Positions 24,300 to 37,079 of a DNA stretch of 64,000 bases are shown here, piece by piece. Source of the stretch: Protoeuglena noctilucae (Eukaryota); contig OY253689.1 in the NCBI GenBank assembly GCA_958009085.1, forward strand, positions 310,001 to 374,000. The letters run 5' to 3'. The translations under genes and the position numbers were made by a program. Under the pieces are notes generated by a model. The model was given only the letters and a program-made list of their open reading frames with translations, was not told where the DNA came from and searched no databases. Positions within the stretch are counted from its first letter, which is position 1. Each line of letters begins with the position of its first letter.

Positions 24300-25974
24300 A
24301 TGTCGTGGAGGAGACGGGTCGGCGCGTTGCTGGAGGCCTCGTTGCGCGGCCCTTCCGCCCCAGCAGCCGGATCGTCCTCCTCAGCGCCACTCCAGGTGCG
24401 CCGTTGCGCCCAGTCTAAGCCATTGCGTCTTCTTCTTGCAATCAACGTGGCAGTGAGATGGTTGATCGCTTCGCTCGCTCCTCCTGGCGCAGCTGCGCGC
24501 GATTACGTCCCTCCTCCACGCCGGCGAGACGAGCGGAGCGGGGAGGTCTTGGGCGGCGTTGCGACGCGCTTGCCCCGCTTGCTTAGTCCCTCTTCCTGCG
24601 GTCCGCGACGCCCGCCACTTCCGGTCCTCAACATCTGCGCTGGAATCGGACCGCGATTACTACGACGTCCTCGGTGGGCCGCCGCGGCGACTGGGGGACT
24701 GTGGGCCCGAAGCGGACGCAACATTGCATCCATGGCTTGCATGGTACTGCCAAACGTCCCTCCCGATTGCTATATACTCGCCGTCGCGCCGCGCAGGGGT
24801 CCCCAAGTCGGCGAGCGATCAAGACATCAAGAAAGCGTACTACGCGCTGGCGAAGAAGTACCACCCTGGTGCGCATTCTGTGATAAACTCGCCAAAGTTG
24901 CCTTTGCGGACAATCGCGTCGTGCCTGCTGCTCTGCCTGTGCGTCTGGGCGCGTGACGTGACCACCGCTGCGATCGATCCGTGGCCAGCACTGATCGATG
25001 CGCAGATGCCAATAAGGACGACCCCGAGGGAGCACACAAGCGTTTCACGGAGGTGCGGAAAGCGTACGAGGTGCTGCGGGACCCTGAGAAGCGCCGGGTG
25101 TACGACGCGGTGGGGCGAGAGAACATGGAGCGAATGGAGCAGGGGGGCGGGGCGGGGCCCGGGCCGGGGCAGGGCGGTCCGTTCGGAGAGGGCGGGTTCG
25201 GTTTCGAGTTCCGCGGGCCGTTTGGGTTTCAATACCGCGGCGGGAACCCCCAGGACATTGAGGAGTTGTTTGAGCAGTTCTTTGGAGGGGGTCCGTTCGG
25301 GGCGCGCGGGGGACGCGGGCGGGGCCGGGACGCCCGCGCGGTGGTGCAGCTGAGCTTCATGGAGGCCGTGCAGGGGTGCAAGGTGCGCAGGGAAGGGTCG
25401 CAGCGATGCAGTGCGTGTCCCGGCTTGCACGACGGCTCTGCTTGTGCTGAGCGGCAGTCGCGAGCCTGGCCAACGCCCCGATCTCCCGCATTTGCAGCGA
25501 ACGCTCGCTGCTGGAGAGGACGGGGAGGGTCGGCAGGTGGAGGTGCAGATTCCGGCGGGGGTGCAGACGGGTCACCGGCTGCGTGTGCCCGGCTACGGCG
25601 CGCGCAACCCCGCGACGGGCCGGCAGGGCGACCTGATCATCGACGTGGTTGTCGAGGAGCATCCGGTCTTCAAGCGCGACGGCGCGGATGTCCTCGTGGA
25701 CGTGCGGGTGCCCCTGACGCGGGCCGTGCTGGGCGGCGAGGTCGAAGTCCCCACGGTCGACGGCACCGTGATCATGCGCATCCCGCCGGGCACCGAATCC
25801 GGTCACCGCCTGCTCATGCGCGGGCGCGGCGTGCCCACGGAGTACGGGCGGGGCAACCAGATCGTCACGGTGGTCATCGAGGTCCCGCGGCGCGTCACGG
25901 AGCGGCAGAGGAAACTGCTCGAGGAGTTTGACAAGGAGGAGGAGAAGAAGGGGCGCGGGTGGTGGGGGAGCTGA
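24300..25974 (+). CDS. DnaJ/Hsp40 co-chaperone (J domain, G/F region, C-terminal domain, no zinc finger); possibly organelle-targeted
   Basis: [32 protein letters not shown] (HPD split by an intron), [17 protein letters not shown]-rich linker, [37 protein letters not shown]; Arg/Ser/Ala-rich N-terminus. Confidence 0.92.
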
Positions 25975-26295
25975 CATCGCAATGTTCGCGCACGCCATGC
26001 GATGTATGCGCGCCCGCCCCGCTCCATCTGGCGGGACGGCAGAGTTGAAGTGATGAGCGCAAACAAGTCAGAGGTCTCTGCTGAAGGAAGGCGAGCCGGG
26101 ATGAGCGACGGGGCAACCCTCGACGACACGCCAGTTGTTGCGGCGTCCTCGTCGCCGCCCGGCATGCCCCGCCGGGAGAGACCTCTACTGCTCATCTTGG
26201 CGACGCCGTATCTGTCTCTTAGCCACTGCCTCCGCGCAAGGACGCTTGTTCGCGGCGCGCGAGGGCCACGCCCCATGCGCTGACGGGGAGGCGCG

Positions 26296-27700
26296 ATGGG
26301 GGACGCCAAGCGGGATCTGGCGGATCCTAGAATGTTGGCCAGCCGCCCCGTATTGGAACGGGGGATGAGGTGGCTACTCATGGCGGTCTGGACGCCCTTC
26401 TGGGTTGCACACGCGCCGATCAGGGCCTTCGTCGCGGTGGTGCGGCGCGTCCTGCTCGCGGTGGTCACGTTCACGGGCATCGTGGACCTGAAGGACATGC
26501 GGATGCAGGAGAAGAAGCTCCAGGAGGCCCGCTGTCGATTGGTCGCCGCGGAGGCCGACCTGGCGGAGCTGCGGGCCGCGTTGGAAGCCAAGACTGAGGT
26601 GCGCTCCCCCGCCGCTGGCCCCGACCCGACGTTTCCAATACCGATGCATCCTTCGTGAACGTATTGAGATCCTGCGCTCGCTTGATGACGATTTCGCGTC
26701 GCGGATCGGGAAGGGTGGCCCTGCCCGATGGAGAGCGACAAATGCCCCGCTCTCGTTTCGCAGATGGCGGAGCGGATGACCAACAAATACCGCAAGGCGC
26801 GGAAGATCATCAAGAGGCTGGAGAGCGAGCTTTTGGGCGCCAGGTGGGTCGCGCGACTCGGCGAGAGGGGTGCGAACAGCTCGCCCACGCTGGGCGCGAA
26901 GCCGGCGAGCGGCGCGTGCTGTCGCCTCGCAGGGGCGGGGCAGACGTGGAGGTTCGAGAAACGGATTTCGAGGAGGATCGGGACGACGGATCGGGGGCGG
27001 GGCCGAGCGGGCAGGTGAGCATTTTTTGGCTCGAGCAACCGTAATTGCGACGGGACCGCTTCGCGGCGTCCGCTCTCGAACGGCGCTTTCGGACGATACC
27101 GCAGGAGGGTGCACAGGAGCTCGGATCGGCGCCTCGCGCCCCGCACCGCGCGGTGATGCGCGGGGGCGCGATGATGCGCGAGGGCGAGACGGAGCGGCTG
27201 GGCTCGGTCATGCAGTGGATGACGCACGCGGCCGCCGGTGGCGCCGCCTCGCTGTGGGTCCCCATGCTGAGAGACGAGAGCAGCCACTTCGCACACAAGA
27301 TCGCCTGGTCAGGTGCGATGCATGGGTGGAGCGAGAGTGAGACTGGCACCCAAGTCGTCTGTGCCAGCCCTCTGCGAGCCATGCGGGAAGGCAACGCCTT
27401 ACCTCTACTTACTTACAAAGGGCATCGTCTCTCTACTTCGAGCATGTCGACCAAACTGTCTCTATCGTCCCAACGTACTCAACACCCCCAGCCATGCGCA
27501 TCGACTGTCGCCCCACCCCTGTGCCCGCAGTGGCCATTCCCCTGTATTTCCTCTACCTCTGGGGCCTCGGATCCTCGAAGCCCGTCCAGGACCGCCCCAT
27601 CTTAGTCCTCCTGACTGCGGGGGGGTTCGCCACCCTTGCCGGGTTCACCATTTGCGCCCGGCTGCTGTCGACGTTATGCCAGAGCTACGGCACCCAGTGA
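26296..27700 (+). CDS. Uncharacterised protein with hydrophobic N- and C-terminal segments and a central coiled coil
   Basis: Exon chain MGDAKRDL..AVWTPFWVAHAPIRAFVAVV..LAELRAALEAKTE | MAERMTNKYRKARKIIKRLE.. | ..VAIPLYFLYLWG..LLTAGGFATLAGFTICARLL..*; internal exons uncertain. Confidence 0.5.
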
Positions 27701-28147
27701 CCGGCCGCCTCGGGAGCTGCGTTAGTAGCGTCCGATGTCGGGCTACACTGCGCTTGTTGGCGAAAGGGCTATGGGGTAGCCCTACTCATTCCTGGACCCC
27801 GGACAAAGCGACCGGGCCCGGCAATGCTGCCCACTGTATGGAGGCCATCGAAGGCCCCTAGCACTCATTGGTATCTGAATGCATCGTCTTTCGACTGGCT
27901 GTGGATCAGGGATGGGAAGCCTGGAGCATGGGAAAGCGTGGCGCATAAGCGGGGTGCTGCGCTTCGCTGCCGGGCATTTCCACCAGGGCCGTCATCTGCT
28001 CGATCAGACTTTGTGCTTCAACTTCACCGCTGTGTATTGACTCTCACGCCATTCACTCGTCCACTCTTCATCTGCTACCCATCTGCCATTCATCTGTCAT
28101 TCATCTCAAAACATGTCACGCTTTGCTGTTGCATTCACTTGTTGTAT

Positions 28148-31100
28148 TCACTTGACCTCGACGGCCGTCTCCCCCGCTCCCCTCACAAAGTCCTTCACCA
28201 GCGCCACCAGCTTTGCCACCTGCCCCGGCTCATCGCTCTCGGCATTCAACACCAAGATGGGGTCATGGAGCGACTGCCTGCGACACAAACGGGGAGGCAG
28301 GGGGTGGGGGTGAGGATCTTCAACTTTGACAAGGATCATAGTACACTACATAGCACGTTGTCTCTGCCCCACCCACAGCACCTCAGCATTACCCACCCAC
28401 TCTCCCCCTCTCTCCAGTGTCTCACCTCAGCAGCACCGACCCACTCACCCCCACTCTCCACCGCCACCCCTCACCCCTCACCTCAGCAGCACCCACCCAC
28501 TCTCCACTCCCACCCCTCACCCCTCACCTCAGCAGCACCCACCCACTCTCCCCCACGTTGTACCTCCACCCCTCAAAATTCTCCGCCTCCAGCTCCCACC
28601 CCTCCTGCTGCGACGCCCACTGTTTGAAACGGTCCAGCACTCGCGCCCCAATCTCCTTGTATCGATCCAGATCGCTGCGAGAGAGGGAAGGTGGTTAGAG
28701 ATATGGTTGGCAATAGAACCATGTTTAAATGGTGATGAACCGTAGCCGCGTCATGCGTTGTTGCGGCAATCGGTAGCGAAGCCCATACATGCGCACGGTT
28801 ACTATGCAGTTACTGTACAGGTACTACCACACCATCCATGGCAGTTTGACAAACTGCCCTCACTTGATTTTGAATCGCACTTCCTGGCCTTCCAAAGGGT
28901 CCTGGAATCCCTTGAGGAGCTCTGCAAGCAGACGGCACAGAGAACGTGCTGTTGAATGGGCAGCTTCACTTACAGTATTGCACCACTTCATAGACAGCAC
29001 TGCACCCCACCACTGACACTGTCCCGCACCCCGCTCAGCCCACCATCCACCCCCTCACCACCACCACCTTGCCACCCACCCCTCACCACCTCCTCGTCAC
29101 CCACCCCCACCCACACCCTCTCACCCCCCACTACTCGCCTGGCAGCCCCGAGCCGGGCTTCTCCAGCCGCATGCGCACGAGCTTGATGAGGATCTTGACA
29201 GCCAGGTACGCCCCATCATCCAGGAAATAATTCTCCTTCATCGCCCCGTGACCGGACGTCTCGATCATCAGCTGGCAGTCCACGCCCTCTGCGTTAATCT
29301 CCATGCCTTTGGAAATGACGTTCTTGTAGCCCCGGCGGTAGCGGAGGTGGCGGCCGCCACGGTCCCTGGGGGGGGAAGGGAGGGTTAGGGTGTGGAGCGT
29401 GAGAGTTGCGGTGGGCGAGGGGGGGTGTGAGAAGCAGGGTGGGGAAATGAGGCGATGGGGCGCGGGGGTTGCGATGGGGGATGGTTGGTGAGAAGCAGGG
29501 TGGGTAAATGAGGTTGCGAGAGGTGCAAGGAAGGAAGTGGGATGGTGAGCGCGACGTCACCCCACTTACTGTAACGCTGAGTTAGTCTCCATTATCCTCC
29601 ACCATCACTCACTGTATGAACTGTGCCAGTCCCTTGGACGTCACCGAGTCCGTGACCACCGTCGACCCTGGGTGGTCCTCCAGCACAATCGCCGACAGCA
29701 CCGCGATCAGCCTGTTGCGGTTGATCTCCCTGCCATCGGGAGCCACCACAGCGCTGCGGTCCACGTCGGTGTCAAACACGATGCCCAGGTCGGCCTTAGC
29801 ACGAGCCACGGCCCCCGCTGCGCTCTGCATGGCTGTGGGGTCTTCGGGATTGGGCACATGGTTGGGGAAGGTGCCGTTGGGTTCGAGGAATTGGGAGCCA
29901 GTTGTGTCTGCGCCCAGGTCGGCCAGCATCGAGGCGAAGAAGCCGCCGGAGCCGTTGCCCGCGTCCACGACGACCTTCATGCCGCTGCGGGTGGGGGTGG
30001 GAGGGGTTGAAGGGGTGGGGATGAGGTGGAGAGTGGGGTAGGGGTGGAGAGGGTGGACAGGGTGGAGTGAGTAAGTGAGGGTGGAGTCAATGGTGTGTGG
30101 AGTGAGGTAGGGGTGGAAAGGGTGGAGTGAGTGAGTGTGAGTAGAGTCAACGGTAAGGTGTGGGAGTGAGGAGGCGACACCAAGGGATGGATGGTGCAGG
30201 TAGCGATCGACGGGCAGGGACAGTCACAGCACACGTAGCCTATCCTAACCCTGTGCATCACACGCACCCCATACCACTCAGCTGACCTGAGGGGCTTGGT
30301 GGGGTTGGTGGGGTGCTTGACCCCGTCCTGGATGAGCCTCTGCAGATGCCTCGCGTACGCCTCAAGCACGACTCCCTCTTGCTTGGACACCAGGGCACTC
30401 GACGTCTGCATGGCGCCCGTCAGCATGGCCGTCTGCAGGTCCAGGTCCTCGCTCAGGCCGTGCGGCTGCAGCGACGCGGCGGCGTCGCGGGCGGCGCCGT
30501 CCAGGATCGCCTGCGAGAGACGGGAGGTTGGGGGCTATGGTGAAGGTGGAGGGAAGAGCAATTGTGGAAGGATGAGCTGTGCCTGCAACCACATAAACAA
30601 ACGGCGACCCACTGGGACCTGCATCGTGCATTCCACCGTGTCTGTCGCTCGCCTTGATGTCGCCCTTGTCGAGCCCCCCCTCAGCGACGAAGAACTTGAG
30701 CCCGTTGCGGTTGTAGGGGAGGTGGGACGCGGTGGCCATCACGGCACCGTCGAACTTGAGGTCGGGCAGGATGGTGGACATGAACATCGCGGGGGTGGTG
30801 GACAGCCCCGCGTCGACGACCGACGCGCCGCGGGACGCGGCGCCGGCGGCAAAGGCGGCAACGATCGCCCCACCGGACACGCGAGGGTCGCTGCCCACGG
30901 CCACGCGGAGGCCCTCGGCGGGGAGCGCCAGGCGGCGGGAGAGCCAGTCCGCAAAGGAACGGCCGATGAAGTAGACCATCGTCGATGTCAGGGACACGGG
31001 CTCGCCCTGGATCCCTTCCACGGCCACGCCGCGGATGTCCGACCCGTTCTGCACCTTCGCGAAGCGCCTGGCCAGGTGCTCCGGCACCGGACTGCGGGGA

Positions 31101-31400
31101 GAGACGGAGAAGCCGGGATGAATGCGGGCTGTGAGATCGTGGCGCCGGGCGCGCGGGCTGCGGCGCAGCGAGGTGTGTCACCGCTCTGTCGTGGCCTCGC
31201 GAGTCATGTACCGCGCCGTGACGTCACGGTCGCCTGGAAGGCTCCTCACGATTACTGCGGAGGCAGAGCGTCGATGCACGAGGTCGTAGAGAGCTTCCGC
31301 GGAGCGCGTACAGCCGAGGGATGCGGGTGATGCAACCGAAGCCCCGTCGCGACCGTGCGGTCGCGCAGGGACGCGCGGAAGGCGCGCGGGGGAACAACAT
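28148..31400 (-). CDS. Phosphoglucomutase/phosphomannomutase-family protein (plant plastid-type); start codon uncertain
   Basis: QNGSDIRGVA, TTPAMF, MATASHLPYNRNGLKFF (phosphoserine motif), VDAGNGSGG, FPNHVPNPED, DLGIVFDTDVDRS, RYRRGYKNVI, MIETSGHGAMKENYFLDDGAYL, GWVLLRQSLHDP. Confidence 0.93.
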
Positions 31401-31982
31401 CGATATTGTGATGATGCCGCTAATCGCGGGATGTTGAAAAACCCGAAGATCTCCGCGCATCGGGCCTCGCAAGGGCGCGGACGTGGCACCCCCTCTGAGG
31501 GCTCCCAGGCCCGAGGTGAGGACCAAGCGCGCCACAGGACGCAGACTTGAGCAAGAGGAACAACGCGGCTCGCACCTCGGGATGCGATTGGTCGCCCAGC
31601 TGTCCTCGAGGGCCTCGGCGCTCCACCCTGGCCCAGGAAGATCCTGGCGAGGGGCACCGTCACCATAATCTAGTTCGTTGAAGTCACAAACTCAGCCGCC
31701 TGCCCGTTAGGAGGGGGAGATCGAGGCGCGCGGCCCCACGTTAGGGTCGTTACCGACGCTGCGGCCCGTGGAGTGCCGAGAGGAGCGAGCGGAGCCTGGA
31801 GAGAACGCAGTTTTAAGTGCCCATGGCGCAGACGAGGGCAGAAGTGTCGGCACTTGCGAGGACTGACAACCGCAGACCAGCGCCAGCAACGCGACCGGGC
31901 CTGGCGGGCCAGCGAGCTCGACAGGCATGCGCGGGATTCAACTGCGCGTGCATTGACAAGCCACAGCGGCATGGGCACGCCT

Positions 31983-33516
31983 TCATGCGTCTTGGGCCGC
32001 GAACATCTCCCACACCCGATCCGTCCCCTGCACGCAGCAAAGGTCCGGTCCCTCTGCCGAGCCCAATGACAGCGCCTGCCAATCATCCTCATCTCTGACA
32101 TTTGCAGATCGCGCATTGCTCTCGCGAACGCCTGCTGCCGTGCAATCACCTGGGTCCACATGGTCACGCGTCGGTTGTCGTCCGTCACAGCCAGAACCGT
32201 CCCCGTCACTGACCACGACACGCCCCACACCGCGCACCCGAAATTCGCCTGCCCGTTCAGCTCCAGCTTCGTGTGGCCCCACTGCGCGGCACGGGTGGAC
32301 AAGACTGGTGGGCGCCCTGCGCGGTGCCACTGCGCGCGAGAAAGCAACATTGGAAACCGCCACCGCTCACTTAATACTGAGCTGTGACAGATCAGCAACG
32401 AAAACGGCCATTGCTCACCTGCCCGGGCGCCTTCTCGTCCCAGATGACCACCGTGCCGTCTTGCGAGCACGAGGCGATCAAGTTCTGCGGCAAACCCATG
32501 TTGGGGCACCACGCCACGTCCCGCACCCAGTCCGTGTGCACGTCGGGCTGCGGGAGAGGCACAGTGATTGACGGGGGTGAGGGTGAGTGAGCCCGCAAGG
32601 GAGGGGCAGGGTGCGCGCCGGCCCCGGCGCAAAGGCCAAGTCAGCCCCAGCGACGCCGCGGGCAGTCCCGCTGGCAATCGCGTGGGCAAGCGGCACTCGC
32701 CAGGGGCTCCGGCTTCCAGTCGGCGCCCTCGGCCGCCTGCGTCCACACGACCACGCGGTTGTCGCAACCCCCCGAGCAGAAGCGGCGGACGCGGTCCCGG
32801 GGCTGGATGCCGTCGACGAGGGACCCGGCCGGGAGTGCGGGCGCCCATGAGATGCCGAAGACGCCCATGGCGTGGGCACGCTCCATGGACTGCGGGACCC
32901 ACTGGGAGCCGCCCGAGGCGTCCTGCTGGTGCAAGAGGACGACGATCTTGCCCGTGGAGTCCCCGGCCGCGAGAACGAGGCCCAATTCCTGAGGCGCGAA
33001 GGCCAGAGCGTTGACGGACGCGGTCAGGAGGGACGCGGGGCTGCGGTACACACGCTCCCACCCGGCCTCCGTCTGCTTGTGGATCGCCACGCGGTGGTCG
33101 AACCCGCACGACGCCAGGAGCGTCCCGAAGCGCGGGTGCGCCCAGGCCACGCGCCAGACCGGGCCCTCGTGCGCCGGCAGCTCGGCCTGCAGGACCTGCT
33201 GGTCCTTCAGCACCTCAAACACCCTGACGCAGCGGTCGCTGGACGCTGCGGGAGGGGCAAGGAGGGCTGCAGTGCCACAGAGAGCCGCGGGGGCGGAGAG
33301 GGGGCGCCGGCGCTGCGCGGGCTCCCCCCGACGCACCCGTCGCGAGGAGGCGCCCGTAGTAGTCGAACTGGCAGTCATGGACCTGAGCCTGCGCGCAGAG
33401 ACGTGCTGGATCGCGCGACGGATGGGAGAAGGGACGCGCCGTGGGGAGAACGCCAGCGGGGGGGCCGGGCTCGCCTGGTGCCCAGTATCGAACTTTTGCG
33501 TGAGCGTGGCAGTCAT
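31983..33516 (-). CDS. SEC13: SEC13 WD40 protein (COPII / nucleoporin)
   Basis: [102 protein letters not shown]. Confidence 0.96.
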
Positions 33517-33945
33517 CGGAGCCCCCGCCCGGGCCGCGCGGGCCTCGCGATGTTTAGAGAAATTCGATTTCTACGTGCTCCGCGAGATCGCTCTTCGGAA
33601 AAGCGCGAGTTCGGCGAGATCCGAGAGGCTCAACAGCGAGACCTTGAAACGGAGGGCGGGGGCCAGGCGCAGATGATGATGACGGAAAATGTGAAGGCGT
33701 GGGCCCGGTGCCGGCAGCTCCCGGCTCGCTGATCGCTTGCATTGGTCTGACGTTTCATGCCCGCTCCCCGCCCGGCGAACGCTCGCCATCGAGCTGCATA
33801 TTTCCACGTTGCGCGTGGCCGCAGACAGGACAGGACCGCGTCATCGGGGCCCCGTCAGGGCACATTGCGATTTCTCGGAACCACGGGGAGCCAGGCGACG
33901 AAGCCAAAGCCCTCCGGCGCGGCAAAGGGCGCCAGGGAGGCTAAG

Positions 33946-36900
33946 ATGGAGGAGGAGGTTAACAGGGTGAGGCTGCCGGTGCGCTGGGAAGGCACCTGCT
34001 CGGTTTCCCGCCCAGCGCGCAACGGACCAGGGCGGGACGGCGATGCGGGACCCGTCCGGCCGCACCGGCGGGGCCTAGATGTAGATGTCACTGAGTCGTT
34101 TGCATAGCGCTCCCCAACCTTGACCCACGACCGCAGCTCGTCCCCCTAAGCTCGCTCCCTTGTGCCCCTCCTTTGCAGGATCATCCCTGCAATCCAATCC
34201 CGGAGGAGATCGTCCGACAGGGCTTCTGTCGTCCGAAACCAGCCGACCAGGTCCAAAGGCGACTCGATGTGCCCCGGGAGGAGCGTCAGCGGAGGTTGCT
34301 CGAGAAGGTGAGCAGGGCATCGTCTCTTGGCGCGATGGACAGGCCTAGAGCGGCGCTTGGTTGAGACAGGCCCACAAAGCATCGAGATGCCGCGCTCGCA
34401 GTCGGAGGAGCATGAAAGGGAGGAGGGCAAGCTCTTGATCGGCATCAAGGTGACGCTTTGCAATGCTTTGACGAGACAGCAGGGTGCAGGCAGATGTGGG
34501 AATGGCGCATGTTGGCGATCTTTTCAGCACTGGGCGCTGGCTGCCATGGGGATGTCATGCGTCATCACCCCGCAACACTGAGCGCCCGCCACAGCACCGC
34601 ACCGATGCAACACATGACGCCCCGCAGCAGCACCGCACTGTTGCAACACCGAGCGCCGCCCCTCAACAGCACCCCACCATTGCCCCCCCCCCCCCCCCCC
34701 CCCCCCCCGCAGCACTGGACTGTGCTGAAGGACGAGGAGCTCCCCGCGGGCCCCATGGACTGCGACCCCAACGTCCGATACCGCATCGTGCCTGTGGACA
34801 ACTACCCGGGGAGGCAGAAGGAGTTCCAGGTGAGTGGGGGTGGGAGTGGGAATGACGTTAGTGAAAGGCGACGAGAGGAGTTGGAGGTGAGTGGGAGAGA
34901 GAGGGGTGACGATGACTGTGTCTGTGAACGACTACCCGGGGCGGCAGAAGGAGTTCGAGGTGAGTGGGGGTGGGGATGATGACGGTGACTGTGCAATGCG
35001 ACGGGAGGAGGTGAGTGAGAGGGGGGATGACGACTGTACGATGCGACAGGCGAGCTCACTGTCACCCTCTCTGGCGCTCTCCACGCTCTCCCCTCACCCC
35101 TCACCCCTACACACTCCCATCACCCCCTCACCCCATCACCCTCCAAACCCCTCACCCCTCACTGCTCACCCCCCTCACTCCCCATTACCTCAGTACCTGA
35201 AAAAGCTAAAAGTCGACGTGTCCAAATACAAGGACTCTGAGGAGTGTGACGGAGAGGACGAGGGAGGTGTGGAGAACGAGGGTGATATGGAGAATGGGAA
35301 CGATATGGAGAATGGGAGAGATACGGAGAAAGGGGGGGATTACGAGGACGAGAGAGACGAGGAGAACGGCGTTGGCGAGGGGGTTGAGGTAGCTGTCACC
35401 AAGTCCAGCAAGACGCCCGAGGCGAAGGCGGCGCGGAAGAGGACGGCGGCCAAGGCCACGGCTGAGCCTGCGGGGGTGGGGAGGGCGGGATTGCCGCGGG
35501 AGGACGAGGGGAGGGGCAAAGGCAAGGGAAAGAGGAAGGGGGTACATGGAGATGATGGGCCTAGCAAGAAGAGGGGCAGCAGGGCGGGCGGTGGGAAGGG
35601 AGAGGAGAAGCAAAGCAAGAAGAGGGGCGGTGGGGAGGGTGGGAAGGAGGGAGAGGGATCGGGGAAGAAGCGGCGGGGCGGGGAGGGGGGCAAGGGGCGG
35701 AAGAGCGGGGGTGGTGTTGGGGCTGGGGGCGATGGGGAGGATGAGGAGGTGAGGGGGGGTGGGGTGGTGATAGGGGTTGGGGTGGGGAGGGGTGGGGAGG
35801 GGACGGGAAGGGGTAGTGAGTGGGAGTGAAGGGAGCAACAGGAGGAGTAGGTTAGCCCGCATGTATGCATGTGTGTCGCTGCGCAGTTACACACCTACAC
35901 CCACACCCACCCTCACCCCCACCTCATCTCATCTCACCCCCAGAACATCGACATCGAGAACGCCCCCGCCCCCCTGCTGTTCCCCAAGCCCGGGGAGGAG
36001 AAGCGGTTCGCTCGACTGAAGAACGACCCCTCTCGCCTGGCGCAGTGCCAGGAGTTCCGCAGGAAGTTCCTCGAGAAGTACCCAGAAGACTGGGTGTACT
36101 CGGAGGTGAGAAGGGAGACTGGTTACCTACAGAAAGTTAGTACTCAGAGCTGACCGTTTCTCTTCTAAACTTGTAACCACTACCCCTGCCCCTCCCCCTA
36201 GGGCGACCACTATTACTCAATAGTTTTTAATAGTTGGTAACTATAAAGTATCAACTACTGCCCCTGCCCCTCCCCCCAGGGCGACCACCGTTTGGAGGAC
36301 TTCTGGGAGCTGCCCTTCACGACTAATGACGACAACGGCGACTCGTTTCTGGCGGAGCGCATTGTGGACGAGGACACGAGGGAGGGGGGCGTCGAGGTTC
36401 CGGGTCAAGTTCTGGAAGTGGGAGGTGAGACGATGAGATTGTGACATGAGGCATCTGGTCAAGTTCTGGAAGGGGGAGGTGAGGGATGGGTGGTGCTGAG
36501 TGATGTTGGGTGATGGGGTGTCTGTGAATGGAAGTGGGAGGTGAGGCGTGGTGATGGGATGGATGGGGTGTATGTGACGAAGGCATGAGGAGTNNNNNNN
36601 NNNNNNNNNNNNNNNNNNNNNNNNNNNNNNNNNNNNNNNNNNNNNNNNNNNNNNNNNNNNNNNNNNNNNNNNNNNNNNNNNNNNNNNNNNNNNNNNNNNN
36701 NNNNNNNNNNNNNNNNNNNNNNNNNNNNNNNNNNNNNNNNNNNNNNNNNNNNNNNNNNNNNNNNNNNNNNNNNNNNNNNNNNNNNNNNNNNNNACACAAC
36801 CACCACCACCCCCTTTCCCAGCTCGAGCCCTCGTGGCTGCCCAACCCACCCCTCACCCCTTACACCCCACCCACCCCCCCCCCAACCCACCCCTCACACC

Positions 36901-37079
36901 TTACACCCCCCCCACCCCCCCCCCCCCACCCATCCCTCACCCCCCCTTCCCAGCTCGAGCCCTTGTGGCTCCCCGAGGAGACTTTGACTGAAGATCAGTT
37001 GCGGAATTGGTACGACGAGGACAAGGAGGAGCTGAAGAGGTGGAGGAGGGAGAAGAGGAAGGCGGAGAGGAAGCAGTGA
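33946..37079 (+). CDS. Uncharacterised multi-exon protein with acidic and Lys/Gly-rich regions and a C-terminal chromodomain-like segment (apparent 1-nt frameshift near 36384-36389)
   Basis: Ordered GT-AG exons; FLAERIVDED..FRVKFWKWE|LEPLWLPEETL resembles the chromodomain pattern. The gene spans the assembly gap. Confidence 0.55.
36594..36793. other. Assembly gap (200 N), within an intron
   Basis: Run of N between G-rich and C-rich intronic sequence. Confidence 1.

Noticed and set aside
25803..27296. 497-aa minus-strand ORF
   Set aside because: Antisense to a more plausible plus-strand spliced gene and overlapping DnaJ; no domain signal.
29400..30160. Degenerate G-rich direct repeats in PGM introns
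   Set aside because: Low-complexity intronic duplications with no terminal repeats or target-site duplications; no evidence of an Introner-like family shared between introns.
34683..34708. Long poly-C run
   Set aside because: Intronic homopolymer before an acceptor; length unreliable.
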